From: Mobula hypostoma
Lineage: Eukaryota
Direction of reading: 5' to 3'
Length of the DNA stretch: 64,000 nt
Assembly (NCBI RefSeq): GCF_963921235.1
Contig: NC_086101.1
Location: 11,472,001-11,536,000 of the forward strand
Positions 47,456 to 60,810 of this stretch are shown here, piece by piece. Each line of letters starts with the position of its first letter. Within the stretch, counting starts at the first letter, position 1. The notes beneath the pieces are model-generated. The model did not search any database and was not told where the DNA came from. It saw only the letters and a list, made by a program, of their open reading frames with translations. Both the position numbers and the translations under genes were made by a program.

Positions 47456-48403
47456 TGTCATGGACCCCGTGACGGGGATAAAGAACCAGCAGAGATGGAA
47501 AACACTTTGGAGTCTCGTATTGCTATAAACTACTAATATTTATTAGTAACTGCACAATACAGTAATATAAATGTAGATAAATCAAACAAGTTAGCAATGA
47601 TTATATATAAAAGTAAGTGTGGAATATATATGTATGAAAAACCAAGCTTCTTTAAGTCGAGGGGTAAAAAGATACAGTCTTACGATGTTGAGTAAAGTTC
47701 AGTTCAGTTCGTGGTATTTATTTGAGTAGTGATGGAGAGAGAGAGAGAGTTGAGTCTTCAGGTGAGCTGATGCCGTTGATCTTCTCGTTGTCCTTCGAAA
47801 TCCTTTATGTCACCGATTGTGACTTTAACCAGGGGACCGGTTTTCCTGTGGTGGAGCTATCACCCCAGCAAGCGTGGACACATAGACAACTCCCCACCAG
47901 TCAACTCCTTCTTCACCGTTGGAAAAGCAATTTGGATCAATCCGCCTGATCGATCCTCCAAAATCCACTTCCTCTGCGGGCACAACAATGCTCATTCAGT
48001 GTCCAGATCACGTGTCCTGAGGTCTGTATCATCTGACCTCCCATTTATTTCACCAGGCTGAGAATCACCTGTCATTCAAAGAGTCCCTCCTTCCTTTGTC
48101 TGTAAAGGAGTGCAAGCAGGCAACCTGTCCTTGGAAGTAACATCAACAACCAGCCTTTGGTCACCATAGCAACATTCGAGCTGCTCGGTGCTGTCTCCAA
48201 CTCCAAACTCAGTAGAAATCCAAAGTTAATTCCAATGCCTTAAAGCGACAGTCCACTGTTAATCTTGGTCTCTCTCTCTCTCTTTTCCAAAAGCAACATT
48301 TCGGTGGTAAATAACCCTGTCTCTCTCTCCTTTCCAAACAAACCATCAATGATAAATGTCTCTCTCCAAACAGTTAATAGGGGCACTCCTGGATCCCCTC
48401 ACA
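47456..48403. mobile_element. Solo LTR related to 17917-18697
   Basis: TGTCA...TCACA termini; TSD CATT at 47452-47455 and 48404-48407; shares GAACCAGCAG and TTAAAGC.ACAGTCCAC with the other LTR. Confidence 0.82.
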
Positions 48404-48434
48404 CATTACTCTTCCAGAGATTGTCTGTCTGAAT

Positions 48435-49695
48435 CTCATAGAATTTTTTGAGGATGTAACTAGTAGAGTGGATAGGGGAGAACCAGAGGATGTGGTATAT
48501 TTGGATTTTCAAAAGGCTTTTGACAAGGTCCCACACAGGAGATTAGTGTGCAAACTTAAAGCACACGGTATTGGGGGTAAGGTACTGATATGGACAGGGA
48601 ATTGGTTGGCAGACAGGAAGTAAAGAGTGGGAATAAACGGGACATTTCCAGAATGGCAGGCAGTGACTAGTGGGGTACCGCAAGGTTCAGTGCTAGGACC
48701 CCAGTTGTTTACAATATATATTAATGACTTAGATGAGGGAATTAAATGCAGCATCTCCAAGTTTGTGGATGACACGAAGCTGGGCTGCAGTTTTAGCTGT
48801 GAGGAGGATGCTAAGAGGATGCAGGGTGACTTGGATAGGTTAGGTGAGTGGGCAAATTCATGGCAGATGCAATTTAATGTGGATAAATGTGAGGTTATCC
48901 ACTTTGATAGCAAAAACAGGAAAACAGATTATTATCTGAATGGTGGCTGATTAGGAAAAGGGGAGGTGCAACGAGACCTGGGTGTCATTATACACCAGAC
49001 ATTGAAAGTGGGCATGCAGGTACAGCAGGCGGTGAAAAAGGCGAATTGTATGCTGGCATTCATAGCAAGAGGATTCAAGTACAGGAGCAGGGAGGTACTA
49101 CTGCAGTTGCACAAGACCTTGGTGAGACCACACCTGGAGTATTGTGTGCAGTTTTGGTCCCCTAATCTGAGGAAAGACATCCTTGCCATAGAGGGAGTAC
49201 AAAGAAGGTTCACCAGATTGATTCCTGGGATGGCAGGATTTTCATATGATGAAAGACTGGATCGACTAGGCTTATACTCGTTGGAATTTAGAAGATTGAG
49301 GGGGGATCTTATTGAAACGTATAAAATTCTAAAGGGATTGTTCAGGCTAGATGCAGGAAGATTGTTCCCGATGTTGGGGAAGTCCAGAACAAGGGGTCAC
49401 AGTTTGACGATAAAGGGGAAGCTTTTTAGGACCGAGATTAGGAAAAACTTCTTCACACAGAGAGTGGTGAATCTGTGGAATCCTCTGCCACAGGAAACAG
49501 TTGAGGCCAGTTCATTGGCTATATTTAAGAGGGAGTTAGATATGGCCCTTTTGGCTAAAGGGATCAGGGGGTATGGAGGGAAGGCTGGTACAGGTTTCTG
49601 AGTTGGATGATCAGCCATGATCATACTGAATGGTGGTGCAGGCTCGAAGGGCCGAATGACCTACTCCTGCACCTATTTTCTGTGTTTCTATGTTT
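48435..49695 (+). mobile_element. CR1-type LINE 3' part, close inverted paralogue of 21446-22737
   Basis: ORFs 48627-48950 and 48966-49601 match the minus-strand ORFs at 21545-22518 almost residue for residue. Confidence 0.93.
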
Positions 49696-50104
49696 TAGCG
49701 TCAGTGATCGCATAACCAGGACTTGTGATATGCACGAGCTACTCATACGACCATTCACCACCTCCTCCCATGGTTTCATGTGACCCAGTGAAGAAGGGCG
49801 GGGTGCGGGCTGAGTTACTGCTATACTTAGCTATGGGTGATCTGCAGGCTAGCTGAGGAAAAGAGCACCTTTGATACAAATGTATCTCCACCCACCACCC
49901 AAAGCCATCAATAAACTTATCTAACACCTAATCAAGATAAAAATGTACAACCTGTCCAGTTTTTCCTCTCAATTATGGCATATTTTAAAAGATTTTTCAA
50001 AAGAAAAGGTTAGCTTTATTTGTCACATGTACAGAATATTGGAACTCCCAACGCTGTCTGAATATTACCTCTATATATGTTTTCGTAAATCAAGTATAAA
50101 GAGA

Positions 50105-50375
50105 GATTAGTTTTATTTGTCACATGTACATTGTAACATACAGTGACTTGCATCGTTGGCTTCAAATCAAATCAGCGGGATTGTGAGGGGCAGCCTGCAA
50201 GTGTCGCCACGCTTCCTGTGCCAATGTAGCATGCCCATAATTCCCTAACCCTGACTCAAGCGACTTTGGAATATGGGAGGTAATCAGAGCTGCCAGAGGA
50301 GCTCCACCCAGTGACAGGGAGACAGGGAGAACATACAATCTCCTTACAGACAGTGCTGGAATTTGAAACCCAATC
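50105..50375 (-). mobile_element. V-SINE-like element
   Basis: TTATTTGTCACATGTAC tail; TTTGGAATATGGGAGG; CTCCTTACAGACAG. Confidence 0.65.
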
Positions 50376-50524
50376 TTACATCTGTTTCTAGCTTCATAAA
50401 TATTCTCTGTAACTTCCCCTGTGTTCCTGTGTCCTTCAGTAATACCCTCTTTATGTCTTTCTCAGCAACAATGAGAGTTGGGAAACGGTATTTTTCTGTA
50501 GCTTGTGATAACTTGCATGAAAGT

Positions 50525-53145
50525 ATACTTGTTGCAATGGAGGATAAGGAAATGGCAGACAAACTGATTGAGTACTTTGCATCCATTTGCACAGTGAAAG
50601 ACGTTCCAAGTGTCAGGGGTCATGAAGTGTATGAAGTTACCATAACTAGAGAGAAGATTCTTGGGAAACTGAAGGTAGATAAGTCAACTAGACCAGATGT
50701 GGTACATACCAGGATTCTGAAAAAGGTGGCTGAAGAGATTATGGAGGCATTAGTAATGATCTTTCAAGAATCACTAGATTCTGGAATGGTTCGGGAAGAC
50801 TGGAAAACTGAAAATGTCACTCTACTCTTCAAGAAGGGAGAGAGGCAGAAGAAAGGAAACTATAGGCCAATTAGTCTGACCTCAGTGGTTGGGAAGATGT
50901 AAGAGTTGATTATAAAGGATAAGTTCTCAAGGTGCTGGAGGCAGATGATAAAATAGGCTGTAGTCAGCATGGTTTTCTCAAGGGAACATCTTGCCTGACA
51001 AATCTGTTGGAATTCTTTGAATAAACAAGCTGTATAGAAAAAGGAGAATCGGTTGATGCTGTGTACGTGGATTTTCAGAAGGCCTTTGACAAGGTGCCAG
51101 ACATGAGGCTGCTTAACAAGCTAGGAGCCCACGGTATTACAGGAAAGATTCCAGCATGGAAAAAGTAGTGGCTGATTGGCCGGAGGTAAATAATGGGAAT
51201 AAAGGGAGCCTTTTCTGGCTGGCTGCCGGAGGCTAATGGTATTCCACAGGGGTCTGTGTTGGGACCGATTCTTTTTACATCATATGTCAATGATTTTGAT
51301 GATGGAAGTAATGGCTTTGTTGCAAAGTTTGCAGACAATATGAAGATAGGTGGATGGGGCAGGTAGTTTTGAGGAAGTAGAAGGGCCTAGACAAATTAGG
51401 AGAATGGGTAAGGAAATGGCAGATGGAATTCAGTGTCAGGAGGTTTATGGTCATGCATTTTGGTAGATGCAGTGAAAGGATTGACTACTTTCTAAATAAA
51501 GAGAAAGTACAAAAAAACTGAGGCATAAAAGGACTTGGGAGTCTTTGTACAGGATTCCCTAATGGTTAATTTTCAGGGTGGGTTTGTGGTGAGGAAGGAA
51601 ATGCAATGCATTCATTTCAAGAGGACTAGAATATAACAGCAAGGATGTAATGTTGAGACTTTACAAAGCACTGGTGAGGCCTCACTTGGAGTGTTGTGAG
51701 CAGTTTTGCTCCCCTTATCTTAGGAAAGATGCTGTTAAAATGGAGAGGTTTCAAAGGAGGTTCTCGAAAATGATTCCAGGATTGAATGACTTGTCATATA
51801 AAGACCTTTTTATGGCTCTGGGCATACATTCACAAGAATTCAGAAGAATGAAAGGTGATCTCATTGAAACCTATGGAGTAGTAAAAGTCCTTGATAGAGT
51901 GAGTGTACAGAAGATGTTTCCTATGGTGGGAGAGTCTAGGACAAGAATCAGAATCAGGTTTATTATCACCGGCCTGTGTTGTGAAATTTGTTAACCTAGC
52001 AGCAGCAGCTCAATGAAATACATAATACTGTACAGAAGCAGGAAGCGAGGTAGTGTTCAATTCAATATCCATTTAGGAATCAGATGGCAGATGGGAAGAA
52101 GCTGTTCCTGAATCACTGAGTGTGTGCCTTCAGGCTTCTGTACCTCCTACCTGATGGTAACTGTGAGAAAATGGCATGCTCTGGGTGCTGGAGGTCCTTA
52201 ATAATGGACGCTTGCTTTCTGAGACATCGCTCCTTGAAGGTGTCCTGGGTACTTTGTAGGCTAGTACCCAAGATGGAGCCGACTAAATTTACAACCCTCT
52301 GCAGCTTCTTTCTGTCCTGTGCAGTAGTCCCTCCATACCAGACAGTGATGCAGCCTGTCAGAATGCTCTCCACCGTACATCTGCAGCAGTTTTTGAGTGT
52401 ATTTGCTGACATACCAAATCTCTTCAAGCTCCTTGTGAAGTATAGTCGCTGTCTTGCCTTCTTTATAACTGCATCGATATGTTGGGACCAGGTTAGGTCC
52501 TCAGAGATCTTGACACCCAGAAACTTGAAATTGCTCACTCTCTCCAATTCTGATCCCTCTATAAGGATTGGTATGTGTTCCTTCGACTTACCCTTTCTGA
52601 AGTCCGCAATCAGCTCTTTTATCTTACTGATGTTGAGTGCCAGGCTGTTGCTGCGACACTATTCCACTAGTTGGCATATCTCACTCCTGTGCGCCCTCTC
52701 ATCACCATCTGAGATTCTACCAACAATGGCTGTATCATCAGCAAATTTATAGATGATACTTGAGCTATGCCTAGCCACACAGTCATGGGTATAGAGAGAG
52801 TAGAGCAGTGGGCTAAGCACACACCCCTGAGGTTACCAGTGTTGATAGTCAGCAAGGAGATTTAATCACCAGTCAGCACAGATTCAGAGAACACAGCCTC
52901 AGAATAGCGGGATGTCCTTTTAGAACAGGGAAGAGGAGGAATTTATGTAGCCATAGAGCAGTGAGTCTGTGGAATTCTTTGCCACAGGCAACTGAGGAGG
53001 TCGAGTTTTTATGTACAATCAAGGAAGAGGTTCTTGATTGGTCAGGGCATGAAGGGATACAGGGAGAAGGCAGGAGATTGGGGCTGAGAGGAGCAGATTC
53101 GATGGGCCAAATGGCCTAAATCTGCTCCTATATCTTATGGTGTTA
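50525..53145 (+). mobile_element. CR1-type LINE, degenerate, interrupted by Rex1 at ~51946-52885
   Basis: DKEMADKL, NYRPISLTS, DFQKAFDKV, LVRPHLEC; 3' end resumes at ~52886. Confidence 0.88.
51946..52885 (-). mobile_element. Rex1/Babar 3' part
   Basis: ERVSNFKFLGV..SEDLTW, KKARQRLYF, LPSGRRYRSL; (GATTCT)n tail at 51946-51957. Confidence 0.88.
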
Positions 53146-53704
53146 TGGGAGGTGATCAGTCATTGTCAGTCATTTCTGGGTTTTATGTATCTCAGGAGGA
53201 AGCTCGTCAGAAGAGTAGGTAGGATATGGTCCTTATGGAAATACTGCATCAATTTGTAACATGATCCTAAAAATTTATGTTCTCCATTTATAACCAGCTG
53301 TTTAATATTTGCAGCATTAACAGAGATGACCAAACAATGTTGGTGATACATGGTACCATACCGTTTGAATATTTCAATTACCCTACTGGATAAGCACAGT
53401 TTACAGAAATAAGTTTTCTGGCCTCAATGAAGGTAAAACATGTAGATTTATTTCATTTTCTATCAGATGCTTTGATGATGTAATTAAATGCAAAGATTGG
53501 ATGATTATTCCAGCACTAATCACACCTGCTGGGAAGCATCAGTATTCCACGAATAGTGAAGGATATCAGACTCCTGAACACACACGACACAGGGGCCAAA
53601 TACAGCCCAGACATGGGACTGTTAACTCAGATGTGGCATCTGAAAGCCAACTGCACTAAACAAACCATGACACAAGGTTCTGCCATGGTATCCCAGCAGT
53701 AAGC

Positions 53705-55310
53705 ATGTCTTTCCCTCCCCCTCAACTTTCCACAGGGATCGCTCCCTATGCAATCCCCTTGTCCACTCGTCCCTCCCCACTGATCTCCCTCCCGGTACTT
53801 ATCCTTGTAAGTGGAACAAGTGCCACACCTGCCCCTACACCTCCTCCCTCACTACCGTTCAGGGCCCCAAACAGTCCTTCCAGGTGAGGCAGCTCTTCAC
53901 CTGTGAGTCTGTTAGGATCATTTACTATATCCGATGCTCCTGGTGTGGCCTCCTATATATCGGAGAGGCCTGATGTTGATAGGGAGACTACTTTGCCAAG
54001 CACCTATGCTCCATCCACTAGAAAAATTGGGGCCTTCCGGTAGCCACCCATTCCAATTCTGCATTCCATTCCCATTCCAACATGGCAGTCGATGGCCTCC
54101 TCTGAAGCTGCAGTGAGGCCACACTCAGGTTGGAGGAGCAACACCTTATATTCCGTCTGGGTAACCTCCAACCTAATGGCATGAACATCGATTTATCAAA
54201 CTTCCAGTAATGTCCCCCTCCTTCACCATTCCCCAATCCTGTTTCATTCTCTCACCTTGTCTCCTTACCTGCCCATCACCTCCCTCTGGTGCTCCTCCCC
54301 CTTCTCTTTCTTCCATGGCCTCCCGTCCTTTCCTATCAGACTCCCCCTTCTCCAGCCCTTTACCTCTTTCACTAATCAACTTCCCAGCTCTCTACTTCAA
54401 CCCCCTCCCCCTCTCCTAGTTTCACCTCTCACCTACCACCTTGTACTTCTTCCTCCCTTCCCCACCTTCTTACTCTGACTTCTCTTTTTTACCAGTCCTG
54501 ATGAAAGGTCTCAGCCTGAAACATCGACTGTTTACTCTTTTCCATAAATGCAGTCTGACCTGCTGAGTTCCTCTAGCATTTTGTGTACGTTGTTCTGCCA
54601 TAGTAGTTGGGCAATTAAAATTCACTTAATGAAATTATATGGAAGAAAAGTGGGTATCAAGATTCCTGCTCCCAATACCACCTCCTCTACACCAATGAGA
54701 TCCGACATGGGTTGCGGGAACAGATTCTCCGAACCCCTTTGCTCCTGCTGCCATGAGAGATGGGATTTTGCAATGACCACCCATTTCAATTTGACTCCCA
54801 GTCCCCATCCTGACATATCGGTCCATGGCCTTCTCTACTGCCATGATGTAGCCACACTTAGAATGGAAGAGCATCAGCTCATATTCCATCTGGGTAGCTT
54901 CCAACCTGAAGACATAGACATTGACTTCTCTAACGTCCAGTAATTTCATCCCAGCTCCTCTTATTTCCCATTGCCCTCTCACCACTTCTCCTTACTTGCC
55001 CACTAGCTTCCTTTGATTTCTTTCCTTCCTTCCCTTTCTACCATGGTCCACTCCTATTGGATTGCTCCTTCTTCAGCCCTTTAAGTCTTCCACCAATCAA
55101 TTCCCCACTCCCCTACCAACCTTCCACCTCATCTGGCTTCACCTATCATCTGCCAGCTTATGCTCCTTCCTCCTCCCCCCTCACTCTGGCCTCTTTCCCC
55201 TTCCTTTCCAGTTCTGATGAAGTGTCATGGCCTGAAACCTCGGCTGTTTACTCTTTTCCATAGATGCTGCCTGGCCTACTGAGTTCCTCCAGCATTTTGA
55301 GTGTGTTACT
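53705..55310 (+). mobile_element. Two adjacent old Penelope-like 3' fragments (53705-54590 and ~54660-55310)
   Basis: Both show GIY-YIG remnants, pyrimidine UTR, hammerhead and terminus. Confidence 0.85.
54493..54530 (+). ncRNA. Minimal hammerhead with intact core in an old PLE
   Basis: CAGTC-CTGATGA-A-AGG(TCTCAG)CCT-GAAA-CA-TC^GACTG; ACGT palindrome changed to ACAT. Confidence 0.65.
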
Positions 55311-55584
55311 CCGGTTAACCCCAATCTGCCCCCCACTGGACACACTCCCTGAGTCCCCAGAGCCCACCGGGCCTGAGAGATCCATAAATTCACTGCCTAT
55401 TTCTCCTATTCTCATCCCTGAATGGCATTCCCTTTATTCTGAGTCTGCAAGCACTGCTCCTAGACCCGTCAGCTAAGGGAAGCATCCTCCCAGCATCCAG
55501 CTTGCCGAGCATAGTGATATGTTTGTAATTTTCAGTAAAAGGCAAGGGGTCAACAGTCAATGCCATTCTTTTATGTATTGGACT

Positions 55585-56060
55585 GAAACCAGTGTGTCTT
55601 CTGCTGCTGTCACCCATCCACCAAGGCTTGACATGTTGTGCGTTCAGAGATGCTCTTCTGCACACTGCTGTCGTAACACATGGTTATTTGAGTAACTGTT
55701 CCCTTCCCATCAGCTCAAGCCAGTCTGGCTACTCTCCTCTAACAGCCCTCATTAGCATGGGGATTTTGCCCAGAGAACTGCGGCTCTCTGGATTTTTTTT
55801 TCTTACACCATTCTCTGTAAACTCTAGAGAGTGTTGTGCATGAAAATCCCAGACAATCAGCAGTTTCTGAGATAATTAAACCACCCCATCTGGCACCAAC
55901 AGCTATTCCAAAGTCAAAATCAATTAGATCACATTTCTTCCCCACTCTGACAACAACTGAACCCACTGACCATGTCGGCATGCTTTTATGCCACATGATT
56001 GACTGATTAGATATTTGCATTAACGAGCAGTGGTACCAAGTGAAGCGGCCGCTGGGTGTA
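55585..56060 (-). mobile_element. Degenerate Tc1/mariner fragment (transposase N-terminus)
   Basis: GKKCDLIDFDFGIAVGARWGGLIISETADCLGFSCTTLSRVYREW. Confidence 0.8.
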
Positions 56061-56489
56061 GATGAAAAATCACAGTGGACTTCGTGCTAATACCTGAGGC
56101 ACATGGCACTTCCCTTCAGAACAGAGATCAGGAGGAATTTCTTTGGCACCGGTTGGTAAATCTGTGGAATTAATTGCCACATATGGCTGTTGAAGCAAGG
56201 TCATTGCGTGTATTTAATGCAGAGTTTGTGAGGTCCTCGATTAATTAAGGGCATCAAAGGTTACGGGACAAGGCGAGAGAATGGGTTTGAGGGGGATAAT
56301 AAGTCAACCATAATTGACCGGTATAGCAGAACTGATGGGCTGAATGCCCTCATTCTGCTCCTATGTTTTATGGTTTTCCCACAGTTAAATATAAATAAGA
56401 AATATTAATATATTACCCATCCACTGTTTCTCCACACATAGAAGACCATATTGATTTTTAAGGACACCTATTCTCTTCATGTCTGGTCA

Positions 56490-57640
56490 ATCTTACAGAG
56501 TTTTTCAAGGAAGTTACTGGGAAATTGGATGAAGGCAAGGCAGTGGATGCTGTCTACGTGGACATCAGTGAGGCATTGAAAAAGTCCCGCATGGGAGGCT
56601 GGTCCAGGAGGTTCAGTTGCTCGGCATTCAGGATGAGATACTAAATTAGATTAGCTATTGGCTTTGAGGGAGAAGATAGAGAGTGGTAGTAGAGAGTTAC
56701 CTCTGTGATTGGAGGCCTGTGACCAGTGGTGTGCCGCAGGGATCGGTGCTGGGTCATTTGTTGTTTGTCATCTATATCAATGATCTGGATGATAATGTGG
56801 TAAACTGGATCAGCAAGTTTGTGAATGACATCAAGATTGGGGGTGTAGTAGACAGTGAGAAGGGCTTTCATGAATTGCAGAGGGATCTGCATCAGCTAGA
56901 AAAATGAGCTGAAAATTGGCAGATGGAATCTAATGCCAACAAATGTGAGGTCTTGCACTTCAACAGGACCAACCAGAGTAGGTGCAGGGCACTGAGGATT
57001 GTGGTAGAACAAAGGGATTTTGGAATATAGGTCCACACTTTTCCAGGTTGAACTTCATCTGCCAAATCTCATCCTATTAATGCTTCAACTACCACCTACT
57101 TAATCCACAACTCCACCAGCCTTCGTGTCATCTGCAAACTTACTACCCCATCCTTACACTTCATCATTTAGACCATTTAAAGTTCAAAGTCATATTTAAA
57201 CAAAAAAATCACAAACAACAAGGGTTCCAGAACAGATCTCCACAGAACTCCACTTGTCACTGACATTCACTGTCAGCATCTTCTACCAATCTCTGCCTTC
57301 TGTGGACAAGCCAATTCTGAATCCATGCAGTTAAATGTTAATGCTTCCCATGAGCTACCATGTGGAACCTTGTCAAACGCTTTACTGAAATCTATATACA
57401 TCACATCCACTGCTCAACCTTCAGAAATTTGTTTTGTCGCTTTCTCGAAGAATTCAGTCAAGCTTGTAAGGCACAACCTGCCCTTATAAAGTCGTGCTGT
57501 GTAATCCTAATCAGGCTATGCTTCTTCAAACACTGGAAATCCTGTCCATTAAGAATCCTAGCAAATAGTTTGGCCGCGATTGAAATAAGACTGACTGGTC
57601 TATAATGCCAGGAGTATCCCTATTACCTTTCTTGAACAAA
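56490..57640. mobile_element. Two convergent CR1 RT fragments (+ 56490-57040, - 57040-57640)
   Basis: [10 protein letters not shown] on plus; RPVSL and DFSKAFDKV remnants on minus. Confidence 0.75.
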
Positions 57641-57642
57641 AG

Positions 57643-60600
57643 ACCATAAGACATAGGAACAGAAGTAGGCCATTCGGCCTATCATATCTGCTCCACCATT
57701 CAATCATGGGCTGATCCAATTCTTCCAGTCATCCCCATACCCCTGCTTTCACCCCACACCCTTTGATGCCCTGTGTCACCGTCCAGTCTTCTGCCCCGCT
57801 AAACTCATAGTTCCCATATGCCGCACCTGCCGTTTCTACCTCCTACCCAAGATCCACAAACCTGCCTGAACAGGCAGACCCATTGTTTCAGCTTGTTCCT
57901 GCGTCACTGAACTCATATCGCAATACCTCGACTCTGTTTTATCCCAACAGGTTTTTGTATCTTCTGCCCGGTGAGAGAGGGGAGAAAGCTAAATCGCTGC
58001 GGTATGTGGCAGGTTTTGATCCTGCCAGCTGCTTTACTGAGGCAGCGAGAATACTTCAGGAGTAAACCCCAGGAAAAAAAATTCTGGAGCTGGATTTGGC
58101 TGAAGCTGGATGCGTTGAGTTCAACGCTCACTGGCACCAAACTATGTCAGTCTCTGCCGTTCGTCAGCTGCGTGGGGAAGTGGGGCCTGCTGCACGGGCA
58201 ACAGCGTGATCTCCATATCGTATTGCCCTGGCTTGAATATCGACGCTGTTCAGGAGAAGCCTCTCCTACCTATAGATGCGGCCTTTGCAACACTCTCGCA
58301 TTTCTCTCGTCAGCCAGAGCCGGCGCTGCACCAACAAAGTAGTCAGCTGGGGTGCAACATCCTTGGCCAACCTCGACCAATAGAGATCCATACATGTAAA
58401 CAACGTCCATAGAGGAGAGGCTGGTTTCCGTGATGCGTTTTGTCTGTATCCACAGCTCTCCGCAGTTTCTCGCCATTGTCGACAGAGCAGTGGCCATAGC
58501 AAGCCATTATGTATCCAGATGGGTGTTTTCAATGCTGCGTCAATAAAAATTGGTGAGCGTCCATGGAGACATCCACCTATCCCCTGAATATTGAGGCAAT
58601 GTCCCTAGTTCTAGTCTCACCTTCTATACTTTCCTACTTCTATAAAAATTGCTGGTGAACGCAGCAGGCCAGGCAGCATCTATAGGAAGAGGTACAGTCG
58701 ACGTTTCGGGCCGAGACCTTTCGTTAGTCCTGACGAAGGGTCTCGGCCTGAAAAGTCGACTGTACCTCTTCCTATAGATGCTGCTTGGCCTGCTGCGTTC
58801 ACTAGCAATTTTTATGCGTGTTGCTTGAAATTCCAGCATCTGCAGATTTCCTCGTGTTTGCGTTCCTACTTCTATCTTATCTATCCCTTTCAAAATTTTG
58901 TATGTTTCTATAAGACCCCCTCTTATTCTTCTGAACTCCAGAGAGTATAGTCCCAGGCAACTCAATCTCTCCTCATAGGTTAACCCCTTCATCCCTGGAA
59001 TCAAACTGGTGGTGAACCTCCTCTGCATTGCCTCCAAAGCCAGTATATCCTTCCTCAAGTATGGAGACCAGAACTGCACACAGTACTCCAGGTGCAGCCT
59101 CACCAGTACCCTGTATAGTTGCAGCATGACCCCCCTGCTCTTCAATGCCTCTTGCAATGAAGGCCAACATTCTGTTTGCCTTCTTAATAATCTGTTGTAC
59201 CTGCAAGCCAACTTTTTGCAATTCATGTACAAGCACTTCCAAGTCCCTCTGCACAACAGCATGCTGCAATCTTGCATCATTTAAATAATAAACTGCTCTT
59301 CTGTTATTCCTTCCAAAGTGGATGATCTCGCATTTACCAACGTTGTATTCCACCTGCCAGACCTTGGCCCAGTCACTTATCTATGCCCCTCTGCAGACTC
59401 TCCACATCCTCTGCACAACTTGCTTTTCCACTCAGTTTAGTGTCATCAACAAATTTTGCTACACTACACTCAGTCCCCTCTTCCAAATCATCAATGAAAA
59501 TGGTAAACAGCTGCGGGCCCAGCACCGACCCCTGCGGCATCCCACTCACCACTGACTGCCAACCGGAGAAACACCCTTTTATACCAACTCTCTGCCTTCT
59601 ATTGTTTAACCAATCCACTATCCATACCAATACACTTCCTCCGACTCCATGCATCCATATCTTATTTATAAGTCTCTTGTGCAGCACCTTATCGAACGCC
59701 TTCTGGAAATCCAAGTATACACCATCCACCTGTTCCCCTCTATCCACTGCACTCATTATGTCCTCAAAGAATTCCAGTAAGTTTGTCAAACAGGACCTGC
59801 CCTTTCTGAATCCGTGCTGCATCTGTCTAATGGAACCATGCCTTTCTAAATGTTTCCCTATTTCTTCCTTAATGACAGCTTCAAGCATTTTACAGACTAC
59901 AGATGTTAAGCTAACTGGCCTATAGTTGCCTGTCTTTTGCCTACATCCTTTTTTAAAAAATGGTGTGAAATTTGCTGTCTTCCAATCCGTCGGGACCTGC
60001 CCAGAGTCTAGAGTTTTCATAAATGATTACCAACGTGTCTACTATGACCTCCACCAATTCCTTCAGCACCCTGAGATGCATCCCATCAGGACCAGGGGAC
60101 TAATCTACCTTCAGGCCCTTTAGTTTTCTCATTATTTCTTTAGTGACAGTGATTTTATCGAGGTCCTCGCCTCCCATTTCGTCCATAACATCCTTCTTTG
60201 GCATATTAGATGTGTCCTCCACCATGAAGACCGAAATAAAATAGTCGTTCAATGCTTCAGCCATTTCCTTATCACCCAATATCAATTTCCCCTTTCCTCT
60301 TCCAAGGGACCTACGTTGACTTTAGCTACCCTCTTCTGCTTTATATATTTATAAAAACTTTTGCTGTTTTTATATTCTGTGCTAATTTACTTTCATACTC
60401 TATCTTCTCTTTCCTTATTTCTTGTTTAGTTGTTCTCTGTTGCTTTTTAAAGTTTTCCCAATCCTCCAGTTGCTACTCTTTGCAACTTTGTACACAAGCT
60501 TTTAATTTGATACTATTTTTTTATTTCCTTAGTTATCCAGGGCTGGTTTTCCCCACAATTACTGTCCTTACTTTTGACTGGAATATACGTTTGTTGAGCA

Positions 60601-60810
60601 CTGTGATAAATCTCTTTGAAAGTATTCCACTGTTCCTCCCCTCATCCCGTTGTAGCCTCCCTTGTTCAAGCATAATACACTAGTTTTAGATCTATTTCAT
60701 CCTCCATCTGAATGCGAAATTCAGTCATACTATGATCACTCTTTCCAAGAGGATCCCCGAGTACAGGATCGTTAATCTTACCTGTCTCATTGCACAGGAC
60801 TAGATCGAAG
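57643..60810 (-). mobile_element. CR1-type LINE with nested PLE piece (~57775-57950), Rex1 piece (~57950-58575) and fold-back insertion
   Basis: ORFs 59373-60020, 58973-59353, 58624-59280; tail CATAAGACATAGG at 57645. Confidence 0.88.
58644..58862. mobile_element. Fold-back PLE 3'-end mini-insertion (second example)
   Basis: Inverted arms meet at ~58723; TSD TTCCTACTTCTAT at 58631-58643 and 58863-58875. Confidence 0.9.

Larger units (their letters stand above)
43673..53432 (+). pseudogene. TRIM pseudogene; exons 43673-44085, 44227-44322, 44699-44932, 53196-53218, 53315-53432
   Basis: Exon sizes 413/96/234/23/118 versus 411/96/234/23/119 in gene 1, splice sites retained. Exon 1 has two +1 frameshifts, in-frame TGA (43908-43910) and TAG (~43932), and a RING Cys changed to Tyr (FYHSC). 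Confidence 0.9.
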
